The notes under the pieces were generated by a model. That model saw only the letters and a program-made list of their open reading frames with translations, was not told the DNA's origin and did not search any database. From a virus: a stretch of DNA of 36,552 bases. The stretch is taken from the UHGV virus genome UHGV-0029170. One strand, 5' to 3'. The number at the start of each line of letters is the position of its first letter. Position 1 is the stretch's first letter. The translations under genes were made by a program, and so were the position numbers. Of the stretch, positions 1 to 7,477 are shown in pieces.

Positions 1-677
1 CGAAGCTCGCGCCCCGTCTTCTGAAGGCAACGGCGCATTAACTCAATGATTACGATGGTGTATTGAGTGCGCCCGCCACCAAATTCAACCGTTTCGAACT
101 TTTCGTTGTACGGGTAATCGGCATCGACGATCTCACCATTCACGCGATACGGCTTATCCTTCGCGCGGCTCATGTACTCGAAGGATTCATCGTTCGCGAT
201 CGCTTCGGCGAGGTCTTGCCAGTCAACCTGATGGCATTCGTCGATTGCCAGGACTGAAGGAATGTAATCGCCCAGCATCTTAAACAGGCCGTTAACCACC
301 GTCCCTTCGGAGCCAACGACGATCGGGAAGTAAGCCGCCTTTGTGCCTAACCCGGCGCAATAAACGGAGTTTGGCACGTCAAGATTGCTGATTTCTTCGG
401 AATCCTGCTTCACGATCTCAGCCTGCCGGGCGAGAACCATCATAGGCAAGTTCATTGTTTTGCACTGCGCTGCGAGCATGGCGATCATGATGGTTTTGCC
501 AGCGGATACGGACGCCTTAATGTAAAACGGATGCTCATAGTTCGCGATCCGCTTCGCCGTCTCGATGTACGCGACAGCCTGGTACGGGTACGGAACGATA
601 TTTCCGACCGTGAACCGCTTTTGAATGGAGGGGATCTTGTCTGCGTAGGCTTCAATTTGTTGTTCAATTGTCAGCAT
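1..677 (-). CDS. ATP-dependent helicase (SF2, DExH-type), N-terminal part; gene continues beyond left edge of window
   Basis: Minus-strand frame open from ATG at 677-675 to the window edge (absent from ORF track because no stop lies inside the window). Hand translation MLTIEQQIEAYADKIPSIQKRF... contains Walker A-like SVSAGKT and motif II LAIDECH. Confidence 0.65.
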   Translation of the reverse strand, partial: MLTIEQQIEAYADKIPSIQKRFTVGNIVPYPYQAVAYIETAKRIANYEHPFYIKASVSAGKTIMIAMLAAQCKTMNLPMMVLARQAEIVKQDSEEISNLDVPNSVYCAGLGTKAAYFPIVVGSEGTVVNGLFKMLGDYIPSVLAIDECHQVDWQDLAEAIANDESFEYMSRAKDKPYRVNGEIVDADYPYNEKFETVEFGGGRTQYTIVIIELMRRCLQKTGREL

Positions 678-690
678 GGTTAATCCTGAT

Positions 691-718
691 TTGTCATTCG
701 CATGGTTGCGTGTATAAT
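691..718 (+). promoter_or_regulatory. sigma70-like promoter candidate (TTGTCA-16 nt-TATAAT) for the plus-strand unit starting at 768
   Basis: TTGTCA at 691-696, 16-nt spacer, TATAAT at 713-718; lies in the divergent gap between the helicase start (677) and ORF 768. Confidence 0.4.
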
Positions 719-756
719 ACAGAGCAAATTTTATCGTGTTTAACAAAAAGTGCTGT
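700..756 (-). promoter_or_regulatory. Degenerate copy of the conserved cassette (Box A CAGCACTTTTTGTTAAAC) upstream of the helicase gene
   Basis: Reverse complement reads cAGCACTTTTTGTTAAACACGAT...TATTATAC, 20-30 nt upstream of helicase ATG at 677. Confidence 0.35.
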
Positions 757-767
757 GAGGTTAAATT

Positions 768-1169
768 ATGGAACAAATGGCAAAGGTAGACAAGCGAACT
801 TTGAACGGCAATAACGGGACGTCACGCGGGAAAGATAAGAAGCCCCGCAAGAAGCCGACAGGCTATTATGTCCTGAAGGATGAAGTAAGGGCGGGACTGA
901 CTACCAGAATGGAATTGGTGATCGAGGCATACGGCGGCATCGCCAAAACAGCAAAGGAGTTGGGCGTTAGCATCCAAGTTGTTCAGCAGTGGATTAAGCG
1001 CGGCATGATTTCAGCCGATGGTGCTTACTTGGTGCATAAGAGTTACCGCCGCAATGACTGCAAAGGCTTCAGGGCTTCATTTTGCCGCCCGGATCTCAGA
1101 TTCGACAGCAACGGCAAGCCGATTACGCGCCGATGCGACCGCCGCGAAATGCTCCGCGTAGTCCGATAG
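768..1169 (+). CDS. Putative HTH DNA-binding protein (Cro/YdaS-like motif), Arg-rich C-terminus
   Basis: ATG at 768 preceded by GAGG 8 nt upstream; segment IAKTAKELGVSIQVVQQWIKRG looks like a helix-turn-helix; function inferred. Confidence 0.4.
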   Translation: MEQMAKVDKRTLNGNNGTSRGKDKKPRKKPTGYYVLKDEVRAGLTTRMELVIEAYGGIAKTAKELGVSIQVVQQWIKRGMISADGAYLVHKSYRRNDCKGFRASFCRPDLRFDSNGKPITRRCDRREMLRVVR

Positions 1170-1189
1170 CACAATTTGACTAACTACCA

Positions 1190-1229
1190 AACGCCTACCG
1201 GGTTATGATTCTCGCGTGGGCGTTTTTTA
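1190..1229 (+). terminator. Possible weak intrinsic terminator after ORF 768-1169
   Basis: AACGCC (1190-1195) pairs with GGCGTT (1219-1224), followed by T-run 1224-1229; loop is long, so weak. Confidence 0.25.
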
Positions 1230-1244
1230 TTTGGAGGTTATGAC

Positions 1245-2207
1245 GTGGATTTTTACGACGAAAAAGAGGTTTTGCCATACATGCCGGGGATGTGGCGCGA
1301 GGCGCTACAAAATATTTGCGGCATCCACTCCCGATACTTCAACGGCAAACACCAAGACTGCCCGAACTGCGGCGGCAAGGATCGCTTCCGCTGGACGGAC
1401 AAATTAGAGAATCGCGGCGACGGCGGGGCGTATTGCAGCGGATGCGGTGCTGATAAGGGGATCGGATGGTTGATGAAGTTAAGCGGCGAGCCGTATAGCG
1501 AGTGCATCAACATTCTTGGGCGATACCTGGGCAAAGTTCCGCAAGAGTACGTAGTTAAGCGCAACAAGCAGGTTACTCGCGATAACGGGTACGACTACGG
1601 CAAGATGGCAGATCACGATCGCGTCGTGGCGATAATGAACAGAACAGAGGCCGTCGATAGCACGCCTGTAACGCTCTATGAGGGCATTGAAAATGAGTTC
1701 GTTGAATCATACCGGGTTGGCGTAAAAACCCACGAGAACGGCAGGCAAGAGCTATTTCATGCACTACCGATGCAACTGGTACATGAAGACGGGCCGGACG
1801 ATGAATACTGCAACATCTTATTCATTGATGAGGAGGGCCGCGAGAAGATGTTAGCTGGCGACCTGACTTTCGGATCGGTGATCGTAACCAATCAGAGCGA
1901 AGGCGGTAACGGGCCGATTTACCTTGCTCGCTCTTGGGTGGAGGCGATGCACTTCAATATCGCAAGCTCGTTTAAGTGTGACGTGTGGGCATGCATCATC
2001 CCGTCCAACGTTGAGATCGTGGCCTACCGATATAAAGGAAAGGGTGGCGGCGAAGGTAAGCGAGAATTACGAGTCGTATGCAGCAGGAAAGATCGTGATA
2101 TGCTGGCGGCGGCTGAAGAACGCGATATGAAAGTTATCGTTCCGAACAATGACAACTTCAAAGGCGGATTCGAACGAAAGCTCTACGTGGCATCATCCCT
2201 TCTCTGA
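1245..2207 (+). CDS. Putative DNA primase (N-terminal zinc-ribbon CPNCGG...CSGCG)
   Basis: GTG start at 1245 with GGAGG at 1233-1237; Cys4 zinc-ribbon motif HQDCPNCGGKDRFRW...YCSGCGADKG typical of phage primase zinc-binding domains; sits next to helicase and ori-like region. Confidence 0.55.
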   Translation: MDFYDEKEVLPYMPGMWREALQNICGIHSRYFNGKHQDCPNCGGKDRFRWTDKLENRGDGGAYCSGCGADKGIGWLMKLSGEPYSECINILGRYLGKVPQEYVVKRNKQVTRDNGYDYGKMADHDRVVAIMNRTEAVDSTPVTLYEGIENEFVESYRVGVKTHENGRQELFHALPMQLVHEDGPDDEYCNILFIDEEGREKMLAGDLTFGSVIVTNQSEGGNGPIYLARSWVEAMHFNIASSFKCDVWACIIPSNVEIVAYRYKGKGGGEGKRELRVVCSRKDRDMLAAAEERDMKVIVPNNDNFKGGFERKLYVASSLL

Positions 2208-2703
2208 TTAAAACGTGAACAAATTTTAGGTAAGATTGATGATTTCAGTCTTACCTTTTTTTATGCCAAAAATTCAGCAACTTACCAACTGGTCGAACCA
2301 CTTTAGGTAAGATTTAGTAAGATGAATCTTACGTAAATTTCGCGCAAAATTTAACCAATTACACGCCATATATAGATAGTAAGTATATGATAAATAATAA
2401 TATTATTATTATTTCTCTATCTCTCTATACTTATCTTGGTAAGATTTCTCCGGGGTACGTGTCTTTTTTCGCTGGATTTCGCGCCAGATTTTTCATGGAT
2501 ATTCACCTATAGGGATCTTACCATCTTACCGATTTGCGTTAACTTTATGAAATGTATGGAAAAAACCACGTAAGATGCATCTTACTAAATCTTACGTAAA
2601 TTTCGCTCATTTTTTGACCAACCGCAGATAGCACTTTTTGACTTGCGCCGGGAATCGTCATGCGTATACTTAACGAAACGAAACCACAAATGGAGCAATA
2701 TCA
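2208..2703. repeat. AT-rich non-coding region with GGTAAGAT iterons, palindromes and direct repeats; candidate origin of replication / regulatory hub
   Basis: No ORF; GGTAAGA-N13-TCTTACC (2229-2255); GTAAGAT-2nt-ATCTTAC at 2317-2332 and 2570-2585; 18-bp direct repeat ATCTTACGTAAATTTCGC at 2326-2343 and 2589-2606; tandem ATCTTACC x2 at 2515-2530; pure A/T core 2367-2435. Confidence 0.5.
2628..2685 (+). promoter_or_regulatory. Conserved cassette copy in plus orientation (ATAGCACTTTTTGACTTGC...TATACTTAACGAAACGAAAC) upstream of exonuclease gene
   Basis: Shares Box A, a TATACT hexamer and the CGAAACGAAAC tail with the minus-strand copies; followed by RBS GGAG and ATG 2704. Confidence 0.5.
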
Positions 2704-3750
2704 ATGGCTGAAGCAATTTTCAGGGCATACACAAGCAGTGAATTGACCAACGAGCAATATCACGATCCTAATTCCTGGTGCGCGGAGTACGTTAGCGGCT
2801 CAAGCCTCGGCGAGATTTACGCAACATCCCCGGCGCACTGGAAATACAAGGTGCGCGAGGAAACCGCCGCGCTGGCGTTCGGAACCTGTTCGCATACCTG
2901 TATGCTTGAGACGGCAAAATTTAATGGCGAGTACCTGCGGGCGACTTCTCCTGGCGAGGTTAAAGATCTGATTACGTCGAAGTCGGCATTGTCTGCGAAG
3001 CTGAAAGCGTGTGGCCTGATTGGGACGTCCAACAAGGATTACCCGGAACTTCTGGAAATGGCATATCGCGCCGGGATTGACGTAAATGTTTGGTGGGCGA
3101 TTGAACTTTGCGACGAAAGCGCCGCGATGAACTCCGGGCGCAAGCTGGTTAAGGATGTTGATTTCGATGCCGTTGTTCAAATGCGAAGCGTGATGCTGGC
3201 CAACCCGCGACACGCCGCGTGTATCGAATCGCCTACCGCACAGCGTGAATTGTCAATCTTCGGTGAGATCTTCGGCGTCAAGGTCAAGGTTCGACTCGAT
3301 CATGTTGACGTTGTTTCAGATCCAGAACTAATCAAGGAGTGTGGGTTCAACCCGGATGAGGTTTTCGAGGTCGTGGTGATTACCGACTACAAAACCACGC
3401 AATCTTCCAAGCCTGACGATTTCGGGCGACTCGCCTTCAACTTGGGCTACTATCTCAAGATGGCATTGCAGCGCGATCTGTTCGTGAAGACTTACAACGA
3501 AAAACGCCCGGTAGTTGTCAGACTGCTAACGCAGGAGAAAAAATCACCGTTTGCTCCGCTGGCGTTCACCCTGACCAGCCAGCAGATCGAGATCGGTCGC
3601 AAGCAGTATCAAAGCGTGATTCATCAGTATGCGGAATGCGTGAAGCATGATTCATGGCCATCATATGAGTCAAACGCGGCGGAAGTCGTTTTGCCTACTC
3701 CGCAGTTTGTGAAATACATGTTCCCGGACGTATACGGCACAAATAGCTAA
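2704..3750 (+). CDS. PD-(D/E)xK family nuclease (putative recombination exonuclease)
   Basis: 348-aa ORF with RBS; D-x(n)-D/E-x-K-like segment ...DHVDVV...VVVITDYKTT; immediately upstream of Erf and SSB. Confidence 0.55.
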   Translation: MAEAIFRAYTSSELTNEQYHDPNSWCAEYVSGSSLGEIYATSPAHWKYKVREETAALAFGTCSHTCMLETAKFNGEYLRATSPGEVKDLITSKSALSAKLKACGLIGTSNKDYPELLEMAYRAGIDVNVWWAIELCDESAAMNSGRKLVKDVDFDAVVQMRSVMLANPRHAACIESPTAQRELSIFGEIFGVKVKVRLDHVDVVSDPELIKECGFNPDEVFEVVVITDYKTTQSSKPDDFGRLAFNLGYYLKMALQRDLFVKTYNEKRPVVVRLLTQEKKSPFAPLAFTLTSQQIEIGRKQYQSVIHQYAECVKHDSWPSYESNAAEVVLPTPQFVKYMFPDVYGTNS

Positions 3751-3809
3751 ACACTGGTTCGCACTTGTGATATAGTGCGCATTACCAATCAGGAAAAGGA
3801 AACTTTATC

Positions 3810-4466
3810 ATGCGCACATCTGAAAAATTTACCACCATCGCAGCCGCATTAATCAAGGCAAAATCTGGCTTCGTGGCCGCAAAGAAAAGCGGGAAGAACA
3901 ACCATCTTGGGAACACCTATGCGAATCTTGGTGATATCCTCGACGCTATTTCCCCGGCGCTGGAGAAGAACAAAATTATGGTCATTCAATCCATGATGGA
4001 TACCAGCACCGAAAAGGTTATGCACCTCGAAACTATGTTTTTGCATGAAAGCGGCGAGTTCATGGCGTTTCAGTACAATATGCCGATCAGTAAAACAGTC
4101 GAGCAAGCATATGGTTCAACAACATCTTACGCCCGCCGCTATGCACTGGCCGCAGCACTTGGAATCAAGCAGGCGGATGATGATGCAGAAATTACGAAAA
4201 TGACACCGAAAGACTTCAAAAAACGCATTGACGCGTGCGAAGATCTCGAATCGCTTCGGGAGATCTATAAGATGGCGAAACAAACGTTAACGCCTGCGGA
4301 ATGGAAAATGACGGAAGACGATATCACCAAACGCCAGGCAGAACTGAAAGTCACCCCGGCGAACGGCTTCAACCCTGGTAAACCGCAAGAGGTTGCTAAA
4401 CGGGAGCCGGAAAAGGTAGAATCAAAGCCCGAACCAGAAGCGCAAGATATCTCATCTTTCAACTAA
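3810..4466 (+). CDS. erf: Erf-family single-strand annealing protein
   Basis: RBS AGGAAAAGGA before ATG 3810; GSTTSYARRYALAAALGIKQADDDAE matches the conserved Erf core (P22 Erf GATSSYARKY...GIDDAKDAD) from memory. Confidence 0.75.
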   Translation: MRTSEKFTTIAAALIKAKSGFVAAKKSGKNNHLGNTYANLGDILDAISPALEKNKIMVIQSMMDTSTEKVMHLETMFLHESGEFMAFQYNMPISKTVEQAYGSTTSYARRYALAAALGIKQADDDAEITKMTPKDFKKRIDACEDLESLREIYKMAKQTLTPAEWKMTEDDITKRQAELKVTPANGFNPGKPQEVAKREPEKVESKPEPEAQDISSFN

Positions 4467-4495
4467 TTTAACCGGCGGGAAACCGCCCCATAGGA

Positions 4496-4966
4496 ATGAC
4501 AATGCATGTTGTAACAGGTGTTATCCGAAAGGAACCGTATGTCAAGGAAGGCAGCAACAATAACGGGCTGTGGAAAATGTACGCCGTAGACCTGTCGGAG
4601 CGAATGAAGATCCGCAATCGTGATGGCCAGGACGAAACGGTTTACACGAACTACCGCGCCGTTTTCTTTGCCAAAGAAAACATGATTAAGTGGTACGACG
4701 AAGCGCTGCAAATTGATAAGGTGATCAGCGTCACCTGTCGGACGCTTCAGATCGTGAACCGCGAGCACAACGGCACAATTTACAGCCACAATGAAATGAT
4801 TATGCCGCAACTAGAATTCAGCCAGCGCGAACCTGCGCAAAGCGGCGGAGGCAATCAACAATCCGGATGGGGTCAGCCTCAGCAACCGAAGCCGCAGCAA
4901 GCGCCTAAACCGCAAAACAGCGGCGGGAATCCGGGGATGGATTTCGATGATGATATCCCGTTCTAA
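4496..4966 (+). CDS. ssb: SSB-like single-stranded DNA-binding protein with host-SSB-like C-terminal tail
   Basis: C-terminus ...SGWGQPQQPKPQQAPKPQNSGGNPGMDFDDDIPF ends in the E. coli SSB tip DFDDDIPF after a Gly/Gln/Pro-rich linker; N-terminal ~110 aa compatible with a divergent OB fold. Confidence 0.6.
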   Translation: MTMHVVTGVIRKEPYVKEGSNNNGLWKMYAVDLSERMKIRNRDGQDETVYTNYRAVFFAKENMIKWYDEALQIDKVISVTCRTLQIVNREHNGTIYSHNEMIMPQLEFSQREPAQSGGGNQQSGWGQPQQPKPQQAPKPQNSGGNPGMDFDDDIPF

Positions 4967-4977
4967 CTTGACAACTA

Positions 4978-5003
4978 AAGGAGCCGAAAGGCTCCTTTTT
5001 TTT
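4978..5003 (+). terminator. Rho-independent terminator after ssb
   Basis: GGAGCC-GAAA-GGCTCC hairpin (4980-4995) followed by T8 (4996-5003). Confidence 0.75.
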
Positions 5004-5059
5004 CCTGTTTATTGATGCTATTATCTTCGTTACTCAACCAACCAAAGAGGACTAAAAAC

Positions 5060-7246
5060 ATGGCACTATACAGAGAAGGCAAAGCGGCTATGGCCGCCGA
5101 CGGAACCGTTACCGGGACTGGCACAAAATGGCAATCATCGCTTTCGCTGATTCGCCCAGGCGCGACGATTGTGTTTTTATCGTCACCAATTCAAATGGCC
5201 GTCGTAAACAAGGTGGTCAGCGACACTGAAATTAAAGCAATTACCACAAGCAGCGCTGTCGTAGAGTCTACTGACTACGCGATCCTATTAAGTGACTCTC
5301 TGACCGTTGACGGACTGGCGCAAGATGTTGCGGAAACTTTGCGCTACTATCAGTCGCAAGAAACAGTAATTGCGGATGCGGTCGAGTTCTTTAAGGAGTT
5401 CGATTTCGAATCGCTACAAAATCTTGCCAACCAAATCAAGGCAGACTCCGAAGCTGCTGAATCAAGCGCCGAGGCTGCGGCGACGTCTGAAAGTAATGCT
5501 AAAACTTCAGAGACTAAAGCCAAAGAGTCTGAAAATGCGGCAAAAAGTTCAGAGGTAGCAGCGGAGACTGCAAGAGACCAAGTACAGCAGATCATCAATG
5601 ATGCTGGCGAGCAGTCAACGCTGGTTGCGCTTGCTTCACATACGTTGCCAGGAGCATCAAAAGTCGCTCTTGCTGACGGATTTCTGAACGACTACATAAA
5701 GGAAAAAACTTATGAGTCACTTGGTGCTAAATTCGATGGCATAAACGATGATACTGCTGCGATCCAGGCAGGAAATGAGCTTGTAAAGCAGGGTTATTTA
5801 GTAAAGGCAGTAACGCCAAACGGTAGGGCGAGGATTACTTCACAAGTAACATTTTATGCTGGTTCTGGAGCTGTTGACATGGGTACGGCTTATCTGAAGC
5901 CTGATAGGAATTTGATGACTACTGGCTATGCGGCAAGGGTTATTGGAGACAATACGAGAACATATAATCTTGGCAGCAGATTGATAATCAATATGATTGG
6001 CCCATATGGTGAAATAGGTGAAAAGCCACCTACTGACACCAGTAGTATTACTACGCAACTATGCGGCCTAAATATCGACCCAGGTACTAATACACAGGTA
6101 TCTAATTTGGATATTAGTTGGAAGATCTTTGGATTCATGAAAAACGTAAGAATTGGGAGCAAGTCTGTATATTTGATTCGCGCATGGGGGCCAATGCATA
6201 GCAAAGCATGGGTTTGCAATGTTGAGTTTGACTGTCAAAATGACGCTGGAGAAAATATTAACTTCTTCGGCGGCACTGGTTCAGATTGCAGGAACTCTGA
6301 AAAAACTGCGGCTGATATCTATTCAACATCTGCAGGTCATTTTTTAGGACTGAATCTTATTGGTTATAGTCAGGATTATAATGATGTTGATTTAGACATC
6401 AATGGTGGGTACGTTTATAAATTAGCTGGTCAATTTGAAAATAACTCATTACAGCCTTATGTAAAAATGTCATATACTGTCGGTAAGCGACACCCAACTG
6501 TAATACTACAAACAGTTAATATTGATGGTGGTAATGACCAGGCGCAGGAGGCGGGAAACACTGGACGTCCTGCATGGTTTAAGATTGGTAATGGATGTAT
6601 TTTTCATGCTGACGGTGGAACATGGGGTAAGTATGATAAAATGCACAACACAAAGTTATTTGATGTAAGCGCTAATGGGCCTATTGCACTTAGCGTAAAA
6701 AATATTTACTTCGATACTTATGACGGTGTTGATAGCATAGAATGGGGAGCGCACGGAAACCCGATTAGGAATTATGATTTTAGCGATCACTCATTATCTG
6801 GTTGGAAAACAGAATATACATACCCATCAGGTGGTACACCAGTACCTCCGACGATAACGTATGACGATTCTAAGCCAATAGGAAAAGCAGTTAAAATTTC
6901 ATCGTCAGTTAGCAACGGTGGAACAACGACGCTATTCGGTCAGAAGATACCAGTAACTCCTGGAGGCATACTTTACATGTCCACAAATCTTTATTGGGAA
7001 AATATAGTCACAACAAACGGAACAGCATATTTCGGATATACGTTCTATGATGCATTTGGTGATGAAATAACGCACAACAACATAGGTGTAAACTTGAATT
7101 TGCAGCCAGCAAACGCTACAGCACCAGTTTTGTGCTCTGGTAGGGTGCGCATTCCTTCTGGTGCGGCATTTGTGCATGTTGGAATTCGCCATTATCAGAT
7201 GAGCGGAGATGTATGGATGGGTAAGATGAATGCATTTGTTCAATGA
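5060..7246 (+). CDS. Lateral tail fibre / tailspike with pectate-lyase-like (depolymerase-type) central domain; mosaic
   Basis: ATG at 5060 with AGAGGA RBS (ORF track start 5012 lacks RBS); Ala/Ser/Glu-rich fibre-like stretch; motif [17 protein letters not shown] typical of beta-helix pectate-lyase-like tailspikes; sequence after ~5.65 kb is markedly AT-rich by eye. Confidence 0.7.
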   Translation: MALYREGKAAMAADGTVTGTGTKWQSSLSLIRPGATIVFLSSPIQMAVVNKVVSDTEIKAITTSSAVVESTDYAILLSDSLTVDGLAQDVAETLRYYQSQETVIADAVEFFKEFDFESLQNLANQIKADSEAAESSAEAAATSESNAKTSETKAKESENAAKSSEVAAETARDQVQQIINDAGEQSTLVALASHTLPGASKVALADGFLNDYIKEKTYESLGAKFDGINDDTAAIQAGNELVKQGYLVKAVTPNGRARITSQVTFYAGSGAVDMGTAYLKPDRNLMTTGYAARVIGDNTRTYNLGSRLIINMIGPYGEIGEKPPTDTSSITTQLCGLNIDPGTNTQVSNLDISWKIFGFMKNVRIGSKSVYLIRAWGPMHSKAWVCNVEFDCQNDAGENINFFGGTGSDCRNSEKTAADIYSTSAGHFLGLNLIGYSQDYNDVDLDINGGYVYKLAGQFENNSLQPYVKMSYTVGKRHPTVILQTVNIDGGNDQAQEAGNTGRPAWFKIGNGCIFHADGGTWGKYDKMHNTKLFDVSANGPIALSVKNIYFDTYDGVDSIEWGAHGNPIRNYDFSDHSLSGWKTEYTYPSGGTPVPPTITYDDSKPIGKAVKISSSVSNGGTTTLFGQKIPVTPGGILYMSTNLYWENIVTTNGTAYFGYTFYDAFGDEITHNNIGVNLNLQPANATAPVLCSGRVRIPSGAAFVHVGIRHYQMSGDVWMGKMNAFVQ

Positions 7247-7419
7247 TTAATAATCATCAATGGATTTTCAGATAAGAGGACGAATAAATGGCATACGCAA
7301 CAATTCATACCAACTACGGCCTGCAATGGTTGGCGCAGGCCGAAACAACAGGAGTTACCTAAGAAAACATCGACATTGTTGATACATGACATATAAAGCA
7401 TCTCCAGACAACATAAGAA

Positions 7420-7447
7420 AAAGGGCCGTTCGGCCCTTTTATTTTGT
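7420..7447 (+). terminator. Rho-independent terminator for plus-strand tail fibre unit
   Basis: GGGCC-GTTC-GGCCC hairpin (7423-7436) followed by TTTTATTTTG. Confidence 0.65.
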
Positions 7448-7455
7448 CCAAAATA

Positions 7456-7477
7456 AAGACCCCTTGCGGGGTCTGTG
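7456..7477 (-). terminator. Rho-independent terminator immediately after J-like gene (minus strand)
   Basis: On minus strand: AGACCCCGCAAGGGGTCT hairpin then TTTATTTTGG, starting 2 nt after the stop at 7478. Confidence 0.65.

Noticed and set aside
63-667. ORF-track entries 63-257 (+) and 485-667 (-)
   Set aside because: Both fall inside the minus-strand helicase reading frame region; 485-667 is the wrong frame on the right strand (Arg/Ser-rich), 63-257 is antisense.
1216-1407. ORF 1216-1407 (+) with ATG at 1240 right after the GGAGG
   Set aside because: Out of frame with, and overlapped by, the long primase-like ORF starting at GTG 1245; translation is low-complexity (Ala/Arg/Thr). The 320-aa frame with a zinc-ribbon motif is preferred.
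3751-3809. Hairpin CGCACT-N8-AGTGCG (about 3762-3781) between exonuclease and erf as a terminator
   Set aside because: Not followed by a T-tract, and the downstream gene starts 30 nt later with its own RBS; more likely a minor structural element or contains a TATAGT -10-like hexamer. Insufficient evidence either way.
5012-5059. Upstream start (ATG 5012) for the tail fibre gene
   Set aside because: No RBS precedes 5012, whereas ATG 5060 has AGAGGA at optimal spacing and begins the fibre-like sequence [19 protein letters not shown].
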